DNA from: Chiloscyllium plagiosum
Lineage: Eukaryota
Direction of reading: 5' to 3'
Assembly: GCF_004010195.1 (NCBI RefSeq)
Contig: NC_057719.1
Coordinates: 34,845,537-34,909,536 of the forward strand
DNA length: 64,000 bases
How positions within the stretch are numbered: the first letter of the stretch is position 1; each line of letters begins with the position of its first letter. Below the pieces are notes generated by a model that made no database searches, was not told the origin of the DNA, and saw only the letters and a list, made by a program, of their open reading frames with translations. Below are positions 39,212 to 50,760 of this stretch, in pieces. A program made the translations under genes and the position numbers.

Positions 39212-41364
39212 GTAAGTTTATGTTGGTTGGCGAGCAGAGTCCAGCTTGGATCGTGTTACCCTTTGCCCAGAGTCTCTGTCCTGTCCCTTTTATATCTTCA
39301 TCTGTTCGGCCTTTGTAGACTCGAATCCAAGGCGAGTATCACCTCGTAACCTCCATTCTCGTGTCAGGTTTTTGATTATTAGTCTCTGGTTCGCGAAATG
39401 GTTGGGTACGGGTTTGAATTGTGTGAAGGTGGGAAATCAAATAACCCCTGGCACCTTGCATTAGGTTCAGACGTCACTTAAATGTCGCCTTGCAACATGA
39501 CCGCTTCTGTTGTTCAGGCTCCAGCATATATGCAGTAACTTGCTCCTGACCACTTCTGTTGTTGTACACTTGGTCGCTTCAATTTTTGGAAAGGTTTGAA
39601 GTGTTTACAGAACAGCGCATCGCAATTTGCCTTTTATTTTGGCCCCAATCTCATGACATGAATGAGGGAGCGGAGTGGGAGATGAGGGGGAGGGAAATGA
39701 TTGAAGCGGGACGTGTGGAGGGGAGCTGTGCGGGGGGGAGAAGGCACTGTCAATAATTGGGCCAAAATGCAAGTCCAGATTAACCCATCTGCCTTCATGA
39801 TTTATGTACCAACAAGAACTTACCAGTTAATTTATTTTGACTTGTTTTCAATGACTTTCTCCACATTTCTTGCTGCTTTTCAGATTTTTTGGTGTCTCAT
39901 GTCTCGGAGAAATGGAATATAATGTATTATTGAAACAATTGACATTGCGTTGTAAAACGTACGTATAACATACCTCTAAGGCCACAAGCATTGTAAAAGT
40001 TAATCACTTCTAACTTTTTACAAATAAAAGAGCACTATTATTAAGTGGAGGATTATTGTATAAACTTTACTTATCTGGTTTCCGTGATTTGAAAAAAAAC
40101 CCACCATATTACAACGACAATGTTGGCTAGAGCTTGGACAATCTGTAGAGTCCGTTATTTGTATAGGATCTCGAAGGAAAGTTAATATGGAAAATGTATT
40201 TCTTGATCCATAAGAATTACTATCTGATCACAATTCATGCAACCAACCCATAAAATCATTTTTGTTTCTGAATGAAACAGTGCAGAACCGATTGTAGCAA
40301 TATGAATGTAAAGAAGTCTACACATTTTAAAAATGTTGACTGCGTGACAGTATTCCATTAACTAAGCTTTACAGACTAACTTGCATCGGCTATACTGAGA
40401 CAAAACTTTGCCTTTTACTCAGGATGCTTATCGTGTATATATTTTCTCCTTTAGTCACTTGGCATTCCCCATAGCTGCCCTATGTGACAGTCTTTATGCT
40501 ACAAATAACAGGAGAAATGTTTTAGAGCGAGATGGATGTGAACAGGGCAATGAAGTGAAGTGATAGAGAGGAAAAGAGACATTGGGGACTAATGGGAATT
40601 ATGCTTGTCAACTATTTGCATGCAGTGATAGTGTTTGGAACTTCTTCCTAATTCAGGGTTTCTAAATCAGTAAAAGGATAGTTTCAGCTTTACACACAAA
40701 CTTCAGTGTTCTTTACTTGCTATAGATTAAAAAATTTTATGCTGCATACTGCATTATTCCTTGGTTTCTGCAATCTTTGATCAGGAGTTGTGGCTTAGGT
40801 GAAAATTAGCAGAAGGGACTCTTGTGGTGCTGTGAAAGTGTCTGCTCCTATAAGCCAGGAGGCCTTGGTTCAATCCCACCTGCTCCAGTGGTATGTAATA
40901 ACATCTCTGAACAACTTGATAAACAAAAGTAGCAGATGTCTGGTTCACCTCATGAACAGAAAGGTGACATATTTGCTTGTATTCATTTTTACAGTTATTT
41001 AAAACAACCTTTATTAAATTCCATTTTTCAGCATTATTAATACTTTGGCATCTATGCCAACCATCCATCACAAAAGTCAACCTTTATGGATGATGTGTAG
41101 AGACCAGTTCAAACATCCTAACAGTTGTGGCAACAACACATACACCTTAAAGCAGAACTGTAGTAGTATGCAATTCCATTTTTAATGAACCTTGCAGTGT
41201 GGAGGGGCCTTTTTCCTTTACTCTGCACTCAGGCTGGTGGCTGGGGTTTGCTGAGTACAGTGCTGGTCTCCCTCTCCAGCAAGCTCTGAAACTTAAATCC
41301 TAGAATGCCATAATAGGGCAACTCCCCTGGAGAGACAGCGCTGAACAGAAATCACTGTTTATAG

Positions 41365-42618
41365 GATGTGAATGTAGGTTTGCTCGTTGAGCTGGAAGGT
41401 TCACTTCTAAACATTTCGTCACCCTACTAGGTAACATCTTCAGTGGGCCTTAGATGAGGCACTACTGATAATTCCTGCTTTCTATTGAAATGTTTGGGTT
41501 TCTTTGGGTTGGTGATGTCATGTCTTGTGGTGATGTCACTTCCTGTTTTTTTTCTCTCAGGGTGTGGTAGATGCGGTCTTACTCTGTGTTTGTTGATGGC
41601 ATTTCAACCGGAACTCTATGCTTCTAGGAATTCTTGTGCAGGTCTTTGGCTTCTCCTGAGATGGATGTGTTGTCTGAAGAGGAGGAAAACAACAACAAAC
41701 TGCCATTCCTAGATGTCACAGTAGTGCAAACAGCCAATGGGGAACTTCAAACCTCTGTCTACAGGAAAACAACACATACGGACTAAATATGAACTACAGA
41801 AGCAATCATCCCAACATCCATAAACTAAGCTGCATCAGAACATTATTTCAATGAGCCAACACACTGCAGAGCAGAAGAAAATCACCTATATTGTGTATTC
41901 AAAATGAATGGGTACCCAGTGAACACCAATTTCTCAGTAACAAACCCAAACAAGCAGACAAAACATGTCCAGAAACCCTAGCCACTCTCCCCTACATCAA
42001 AGACATCTCAGAAATGACTGACTGCCAGACTACTCAGACCTCTTGGCATCTTAGTAGTCCACAAACCCACCAACACACTAAAACAGCAACTAATGAACTT
42101 GGAAGACCCTATTACAGACAATAAGCAAAACTCCTGTCATTTACAAAATTCTCTGCAAGGACTGTATTAAACACTACAGAAAACTAGCCACCAGGATACA
42201 AGAACACCAACCAGCCACAAAAAGACATGATCCACTCTCTCTAGTATCCTTACATACAGATGAGGAAGGACACCACTTTGACTGGGACAACACATCCATC
42301 TTAGGAGAAGCTAAACAAAGACCCGCACGAGAATTCCTAAAAGCATAGAGTTCCAGTTGGAATGCTATCAATAAACACATTGAGTTAGACCCCATCTACT
42401 GCCTGCTGAGAAAAAGAACAGGAAGTGACTTCACCACAGGAAATGATATCACCAACCCAAACATTTCAATAGAAAGCAGCAATTATCAGCAGTGCATCGT
42501 CTGAAGCCCACTGAAGATGTTTCGTCACTCTACTAGGTAACACCTGGAAATGAGCCTTCAAGCTCAGCGAGCAAACCTACATCCAGAACCTCAACCTGAG
42601 CTACAAATCTTCTCAACT
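41365..42618 (+). mobile_element. Penelope-like element with inverted 5' pLTR segment (41365-41673 minus, 41674-42618 plus)
   Basis: Decayed LPFLDV..VYRK..TLPYIKDISE..GIY-YIG remnants; 10-bp TSD CTGTTTATAG at 41355 and 42619. Confidence 0.88.
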
Positions 42619-45258
42619 CTGTTTATAGCCTGACCAGCAAGTCGGAACTTATCTCCATACGATAATTGCGACTGCCATCAATGCCTGACCACCTAGTACT
42701 TACCCACTTGGGCAGTGCCCCCAAGAGAGAGATCAAACAGCTTATCCTGAGCAGCAATCGCCCAGATCACCGTTCGGTTCTTGACACTGGAATTTTAGTC
42801 TAGGATCTGCTGTGATCTCAGCCAGAATTGGTGTACCCAGAAGGAGCATAGATGGACTCAAATGAGTTCAAAATTACCAAATGAGCTTTTATTACAGAAG
42901 AAAATTCAACTTTCCCAATCCGTACAATACTTCAATGAAACGTACTCTATGCTATGATATTAAAAAAAAATTGCTGTACATCTGATTCAACAGAGTGGAC
43001 ACAACGTAAATCTTTAACCTTGCACAATTTACAGGATACTTTAAGGATTACACAACCACCCACCCCCTATGCCTAACCAACTACAAAGTACAGCTATCCC
43101 AGGCCTGAAAAGGGTTCTCAGTCTCCAAGGAACTTGCTGCTTGTCTGGTGGAGCTTCCTCTCTGCCCTGGATGTTTTTGAGACTTCTGAAGTCACAGTGT
43201 CAATGTCTTTAGCCCCAAAGTATTGGTGTCCAGAGACTCGGCGAGGAGAGTGGAAAAAGAAAGAGTCTGATAGCTGGCCCTGCTGCCCCTTATACCCTTG
43301 TGATTCCAAAGTATCGGCCAGCTCCGCCCCTCGGGTAATTACATTTCACAAAGCATCTCTGCTGGGGTTGGTTTGATCTCATCATTCGTGGAAACAACAG
43401 GGTTGATACTGTCCCAAATTTACTTAACTGAAGTTTTGATGACTTCATGGAGCTTCCCAAACTGTTTTCATATTAGAGTCATTATTCCCATTAACTAGAT
43501 AGGTTCCATTGTTCACAGTTTCAAGGATCTTTAGTATTTTTATGCTTGTCCCTTGCTACGATGTCTGGCGGGTGCTGTTATGTTGGTTGAGTTTTCTTAT
43601 ACCTCTGACTATCTCAGTCTCTAGAAAAAAGTCTGTCCTTATTCGGATAGGCCTGCTGGGAAATCCTGCCTGCAAAGATGCTAGGTTGACCGTTTTTCAC
43701 AAAAGGCCATTTTCTTTCACTTTCATTTTTAAAACTGGTGATTGCCCTGAAACTGCTGCAGCAAACATGATTGTTGACAGTAACATGGGAATTCGAATTC
43801 CTTTTGCAAACCAATGCTGCTGTTTTAAAAGTTGGACTGGGAAGCTCTTGTGACGCATAGTTGTGTTTCTGCTTCTAAGCCAGAAGGCTTGGGTTCAAGT
43901 CTCACCACCTCCAGAGGTGTTTTTGTAATTTGTTGAATCAGTCAGTTCAAACATTATCATTGTTTGGTTGTGGCTTCAGCAGCTTTTGCAGTCCGAGAGA
44001 AAAAGATTTGCACATGTGTAGGCTCAAGTGCCACAGCTACTGGGCTGGTGTAACACACTTTTATAGGAGCCACTGACAAGAATGGGACCTCTTGGTAAAA
44101 CTAAGTTGCTTTGTTGAATATATTCTGATATTAATCTGTTTATTTTGATGCTGTGTATTCTATGGATGTCTTCATCTAGTTTACAATGTTTGTTTTAGTG
44201 GAAGTAATTGTCCTGAGAACAAGTGGGCTCCCAAATACTTTGTTGCCTGAATTCCTGAGAGCTCTTAACAGGAGAATCTCCAGCTCTGCTAAGAATGAGA
44301 GATAATGTTACATAAATTGAATGTGAGGTGTTGAGAGTTTTGTTTTTGGAAAGTAAAATGTTTGTGACGCATGGGTCATAATTTAGAGATATGGCAGCAG
44401 GAGCTTGGAGCACGTACTGGCAAATGGCCACAATACTATCTGATTGTCCACGATCAGCTATGTTAGGAGAATGAGTTAAGAATTGCTTCTTAATTAGGGA
44501 AGATCAAAGCCGCACCAGGTTGTGTCCTGTGCCATGTAGTTCTTGTTGGATTGAGATGCTTCTGTCGTCACAGACATAATTCCTACCCTGGAATCAAACA
44601 TAAGCATGGTGTGAAGATGTGGAAGTAGAGACTGTATCCATTGTCCTCTTCACTAGCTGCTGCTTTCAATAAGATGTACTGAGACAACTTCTTCTAATTT
44701 CACTTTTGCCTCTGTTATTTGATAGTGTATGGATTTTTTTAAAATCTATTCCTTCACGTATGCAATAATACAGCTCTGAAGCAGGTGAACCTGGATGTTC
44801 TGGCCCAGAGATAGGGACACTACTGTGAAACAAGACCCCTTAGATAAACCAATGTGAACACTAATAAATAGTTACACTGCTACAGTTATTAAATGTTTAA
44901 ACTTTAGGGAACTATTGATTTTAAACTTCTCGGTAAATCCTTATTTTTAATGTCTAGATTTAGGATTAAATTTAAAAGTTAGTATTTTTTTATGACACTG
45001 TTAGTTAATATAATCACAATTTGCTCACTGAGGTGGTTTGAGAGACTGAATTGGTTTTTAAATCTCTCCGGTTTCTGGAAATTACTTCAATTAAAATGTT
45101 AAAATTCAAAAATTCTTCACTGGAGCTCAGTATTTGAAGTTTTTAGCTCAGGTTGTGGGTGAGGTTGTTGACTTGCTGAGCTAGTAAGTTTGGTCAGATG
45201 TTTTGTCACCATTCTAAGTAACATCAGTGTGCATCCGGTGAAGCATTGATGTTCTGTC

Positions 45259-45263
<5 letters not shown>

Positions 45264-45295
<32 letters not shown>
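45264..45295 (+). repeat. (GT)n microsatellite within old Penelope remnant (about 45145-45500)
   Basis: About 16 GT units. Confidence 0.85.
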
Positions 45296-45296
<1 letters not shown>

Positions 45297-46679
45297 TACA
45301 GCTGGATTGGTGGTTCTGTTTCTTTAGTGGTTGATATATGGGGTCCAACTTTACATGTTTGCTAATGGAGTTTTTGTTTGACTATGGGATTCCAGGAATT
45401 CCTGTGCATATCTCTGTTTGATTTGTCCTAGGATAGATACATTGTTACAGTTGAATTTGCCCTTCATTGTCTGTGTGTATGGATCCAAGTGATAGCTAGC
45501 TAGTTATATCCAATTGACAAGCTCACCTTCATTTCCATGTGATCTTATTTTACTGATTTAGTCTACCATGTGGAAGTTTGTTAAAGGTTTTACTAAAATC
45601 CAAGTTTAAAAAAAAAGTCTCCTGCTCTGCCCTCATCAATCTTTTCAACTACTTTATTTAAAAACTCAATCAATCAAGTTGGTGAGACATGAGATTTTCC
45701 TTGCACAGGTGATACCTGTTGTCTATATCTAATATGATTCTTTTTTTATTCTTTACTAGAACTTCAATCTTTAATCATCCATTGTTCCTAAATTATACCA
45801 GTATTATCTTTCACTCTGACAGGAACATAATGCTTCTGTACTCTCATTTTCACCCTTGTGAACTGGGTAACTGGAGGGAATCTATTCCCACTCACCAGAT
45901 GACACTGATTTTTATACTAATTTGCAAAGGAGCAAATGTGGTATGTGAGAAATATTTTTTACACAGCAAGTGCTTAATGCATTCCAAATGCTATGTGGAA
46001 GTGTAACACAGGCAGGATCATTCAAGTGATTTAAGATGACATTAGATAATCATTTGAATAGGAAAAATGTTTACATTACTGGAGGAAAAGTCAGAAGAAT
46101 GGCATTGAGTCACAATGCTTATTCAGACACCTCGTGCAGATGTGAACGGTCAAAGGCCTTCTGCATCATAACAACAGTTCTGTGATTTGTCCATGGTATA
46201 AAGAATTGCCAGTGTTTGTTGATGAATGGGATGCCAATCAAGTGGGGTGTTTTGTCATGTGTGCTGTTTTTAGAGCTGCATTCATCCAGTGAGCTGGAGT
46301 GTGTTCTATCAGCATGCCTAACTTGTGCCTTCGGTCAGCAACTCCCTGCAGAAATCCCAACAAATAATTTGACCTGGGCAAAAATATTTTTGCCAGTGAT
46401 GTTCCAGATTAATATTGTACCTTTTTAATGTAAGCAACAACTGCCACGTAGAAAGGCAATGTTGAACTTGATATGGCAGAAGATTGCTTTTTACTGGGAA
46501 GTTATGAAAAATTGGCCTCATTCAATTTTCATTCGCTAAAAGGGGTAACTTAAATTGAGATTTAGTACATTAGATCATTGTGGCCCTTTTGTGAACCTCA
46601 ACACTTAAATTGCAGTCTGGCCTTGCATACCAAAAATAGTTAGTGCGCGAGCCAGGATATCACCATCTTTGTTGCCAAC

Positions 46680-47095
46680 CAAAACAACCGTGCATTTTCT
46701 ATTGGTTGCTTTCTCCTTCTTTCCCTTCCCCGGCCATTGTTGTTTTTCGAGCAGACTTTTCGAAACTGAAAGTGTACCATGAAGGTTAGATGACTGAAGA
46801 AACTGATGGTGACGTACCAAGGAGCACACCACACGCCCAATAATTTTAAACTCCAACGGCCACCACGGCAGCGCGTGCGGGCTCCGTCATCGTAGTGACG
46901 TCCCATGAGCGACTGTGCGGCCGGTACCTGATTGGCTCGGGTACTGAAAGGGAACGAGCTGAGGGTGCTGATTGGCCAGGCGCTGTACTGCGAGGCAGCC
47001 GCATGTGATTGGGTGTGGGTGTCACTGAGACAGGCGTCGAGAGTGGGACTAGGAGAAAAAACGACGCCGGAAGGTTGACTTGAGGGAAAATGGCT
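46680..47095 (+). promoter_or_regulatory. CpG-rich promoter upstream of exon 1b
   Basis: ATTGG (inverted CCAAT/NF-Y) at 46701, 46931, 46971, 47008. CRE-like TGACGT at 46810 and 46896. ETS CCGGAAG at 47067. YY1-like AAAATGGC over the ATG. CpG locally retained. Confidence 0.8.
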
Positions 47096-47185
47096 GAATC
47101 CCAGTATTGGTCACGAAGAATACAAGAAAACCACCACCACGCGGTTTTTAACGACGGATTTCTTTATGTGTGGGGTGGCTACGTG
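47090..47185 (+). CDS. KLHDC1: Duplicated alternative first coding exon 1b of KLHDC1
   Basis: MAESQYWSRRIQENHHHAVFNDGFLYVWGGYV then GTAAGT. Same length (96 nt) and phase 0 as exon 1a; 14/32 aa identical. Kozak-like AAAATGG. Confidence 0.85.
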
Positions 47186-48099
47186 GTAAGTGCCATTTTA
47201 CTGATCCAGTAAAGCCGTGTCTGCGCCTTGAGAAAGCGCGGGACTGTTGAACACCCAGTATTTTACAACTAATGTTACAATATATTTCAATATAATCTAA
47301 TACTGGATTAAACATTCTTGCAGTTGGTCAAATAGTTGGAACCTTAAAATCGGGGTTGTCAGGTTACACATGACCAAATTGTTAAACTGCCACATTAGCC
47401 TCTATTAAGATACTTATGGATCTTATTTTGTACCACCTGCTCTTGGAAGAGATGAATCTAACCACTATCGTGTGTTGTTTGTTTGATCTAGGTTCCCGAT
47501 TTTGGGAAATGTGATGCCACCATCCTAACCTAATTATATTTCTGTTCTCAGTCGTCATGTTGGGTGAATTATTAAATGAGGCATATCAGATTGTGAACCA
47601 TCGCGGACCTCTGCTAGAAGAGGTGTGTTTTGCAGAAGATTGGCTTGTTGATTTTTTTGGGGGGGGGGGGGGGGGGGTAGAAGAGTGATAAATAAAAGAC
47701 GAAGAAAATCGTCATTTCAGGATCGTTTTGGCAATACTTTACATATGAGTTGTAGATTTAAGTTCATTCAGGATCTTATTACTTGAGTCACTAGTAAATA
47801 CTAAATATCTTGAGGTAAATGGTATAATACTCTATTGAGTCAGAAGAAAATAGATTTTGGTGTGTTTAGAAAGTTACCTTTCAGGCTGTTGAAATAGTTA
47901 ATGCAGTTGAGCCTCTTTGTGATGTCATGAAAGGTGAGTTGTTACAATTACATTGTAGAGTAATGTAAATACCAAAATGATTTTGTTTCATGTAAATATA
48001 GCAATTGGTAATACATGCAGTTCTTGGATAATATTGATTTGAATAGTAAAAGGACACTCATTAACATAACACCTTTCATAGCCTCAGCACAAACTGAAG

Positions 48100-48760
48100 T
48101 GCTTTACAGCTGGTGCAGTATTAGATGGGTGAGGGAGGTAGAGGAATCCTGCAGTCCGGAATAGAGGAGCCTCCGCTGTTGACCTTGCCTAACAAGTATG
48201 AGGTACTTGCTCCCTATGTGAATGAGCAAGAGGGCTGCAGGGAGGAAGAGCAAACTAACCACTAAAGCCTTGTATGGGAGGTCATTCAAGAGGGGGGAGC
48301 AAAAAGGCAAGTGGCAGTTTTAGCGGACTCTATAATTAGAGGAATAGATAGTATCCTTTTGTAAGCAGATCGATAGCCTTGCATGGTGAGTCCGGTGCCA
48401 GGATAAGTGATATCTCTGATTGGAGAGGGAGGATCCAGTTATTGTACTGAACATGGGCAAGACAAGGAAAGTTAACCTGTTCGGGGATTATTGGGAGCCA
48501 AATTAAAGAACAGATACTCCAAGGTTTATAATCTCTGGATTACTGCCCGAGCCACGTGCAAATTGACACCAGGATAGAAGAATAAGGGAAGTAAATATTT
48601 GGCTAAAAGAGTAGTGTGGGTAAGAGGGGTTCCTTTTCATGGGGTGCTGGCATTAGTATTGGAACAGGAGGGATCTATATGTCTCTCCTGAACCAAGCTG
48701 AGACCAATGTTCAAGCAAAAAAGGGGTAAATATGCTGGTCAACAGGACTTTAAGCTAGAA
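48100..48760 (+). mobile_element. CR1 ORF1 esterase (SGNH) remnant
   Basis: GTGGCAGTTTTAGCGGACTCTATAATTAGAGGAATAGAT = VAVLADSIIRGID, a GDS-type motif; later ISGLLPEPRA. Confidence 0.7.
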
Positions 48761-49149
48761 GTGGAGAAGAGAAGGCTAAAACTCTTGTCTTCTCTTATGG
48801 TCTTATGATGGAAGTGAATAAACTGTAGAAATTTGCTTTTTTTAATTAAAAAAAATCTTTGTCAACTTACCAAAGAATTTGAAAATATGACCGTTATCAC
48901 CATAAACTTGTTTATTCTTGTAACCACTATGTTTGAATAAAGCTGTAATTTATTCAAAGATTAATTAGACATTTTGTCACTTAGTTGATAATCTATCTTG
49001 TCCCTGTTTTTTTTATTTTAACTGTTGGCATAGGGTTGCCAACCTTCCAGACCAACTTTGTGGACCTGCAATACATGCTTCATTGCATATCTGATTGTCC
49101 TTGCTCAGCCTAAAGAAAGTCTTCTAAGCTAGAAGCCACTCATTATTGA

Positions 49150-50060
49150 GAACCATAAGAAATAGGAACAGAAGTAGGCTATTTGTCTCCTCATAGAACA
49201 ATACTGCAAAGGAACCACTCCCTTCAGCCCACCATGTCTGCATCAATCACAGCCATGCAAAGCTAATCCCTTGAGCCAATCAGTAGCATCATGGCTGGTC
49301 TGACCATTTTCCTGTCCACTTTGCTGCCTTCGTACTGGGATCAGTCTCGTGAACCTTCTCTGAACTGTCTCTAATGAAATATCTTCTCTCAAATAAGGGA
49401 ATCAAGATTTAATCACAGTACTCCAGATGTGGTCTCACCAGCTCTTTGTATAGTAGTGGTAAGATTTCCCTAATCTTATATTCTAACCCCCTTGAAATAG
49501 GGGCCAACATTCTGTTAGTCTTCCGGTTTACCTGCTGAATCTGTGTACCAGTTTTCTGTTTTGTACACAAGTACCCCAAAGTGCCTGTGTGTTGCAGCTT
49601 TTTGCAGTTGCTCTCCATTTCAGTAATACTGTGGTTTTGTTTTCCCTTCCAAATTGAACAACTTTGCATTTTCTCATATTATACTCCATTTCTTAACTTT
49701 TACACAACTTCCTTAACCTAAAAATGTCTCTGAAAATTTTTGTATCCCTCTTGCAACCTGACTTTCCACATTCTTGTGTCATCAATAAGTTTGGCTTCAT
49801 AACATTTGCTTCATTCCTCCAAGTCATTTAAAATATTATTATAAACATTTTTAGATCCCAGCACTGATTCCTGTGGACCCCCACTAAGCCTGGGTCACCA
49901 ACCTGAAAAAGAATCACTTATTTCTCTCTCTTTCCCACCCCCCACCCCAAGCTGTTTTGCAGTTCTCTATCCATGATGCAGTTCTCTATCCATGCTAATA
50001 TACTGCTTCCAACACCATGGGCTCTTTAGAGGTAACTTGTTGAATGCCTTCTGGAAGCAG
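49150..50060 (-). mobile_element. Decayed CR1 fragments
   Basis: RGLEYKIREILPLLYKELVRPHLEYC. Confidence 0.75.
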
Positions 50061-50423
50061 GGTGGACAAAGGGATGATAGAAATGCTTTTTTTTAATGGC
50101 TGAAAAGTGCAAACCATTGTTTTTGCTGAGCCCTTTGATGAAAGAAGACACTGCTTCATCTATGGCTTAAAGTTACATTAGAACAAGATGGAAGGAGACA
50201 TTCATGTTGATTTGAACTTTCAAAGTAGCACTTGGAATGGGCATGGCTGATTTCATGCCACCAGATCCAACTGCTCATGGCTGCAACAGAGCTAACATTC
50301 CAACCTCTTATCACAAAATTGTTAGCTTCAAATGTTAACTCTGTTTCTCTTTTTAGACCTGAGTATTTCCTGTTGTAGGAATATGACTTTTGTATTTTTT
50401 TTTGACAACATTTCAGAGAATGG

Positions 50424-50760
50424 GGCAGCACTCTGGGGTGGTATGGTGGATCAGTGGCTAGCTCTGCTGCGTCACAACACTGAGGACATGAGTTTGATTC
50501 TCCCCTCTGGTGACTCAGCAAAGTCCACACAGACAGAGCTTGTCCCCATGTCTGTGGGTTTATTCCAGATGTGCAAATTAGGTGGATTGGCCATGCTAAA
50601 TTACCCTGTAGTTCCAGCGATGTGCAGGTTAGGTGTACAGCCATGAGAAATGGAGGGTTACAGGGATAGGGTGAGGGGATTGGTCTGGTGGGATACTCTT
50701 CAGAGACTGCGTGGATGGGTTGGGCCAAATGGCCTGTTTTCATATTGTAGGCATTGTATT
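50424..50760 (+). mobile_element. Diverged HE1-like SINE
   Basis: tRNA-like head, GGTGGATTGGCCATGCTAAATT, tail GGGCCAAATGGCCTGTTT. Confidence 0.7.

Noticed and set aside
39053..39349. 98-aa single-exon ORF
   Set aside because: Only 39116-39211 is KLHDC1-like; the rest is UTR and intron read-through past a GTAAGT donor
39212..47089. A separate exon 2 for exon 1a (two tandem genes)
   Set aside because: I found no EVYLPNDEIW-like exon by eye; a tblastn would be needed to exclude a decayed one
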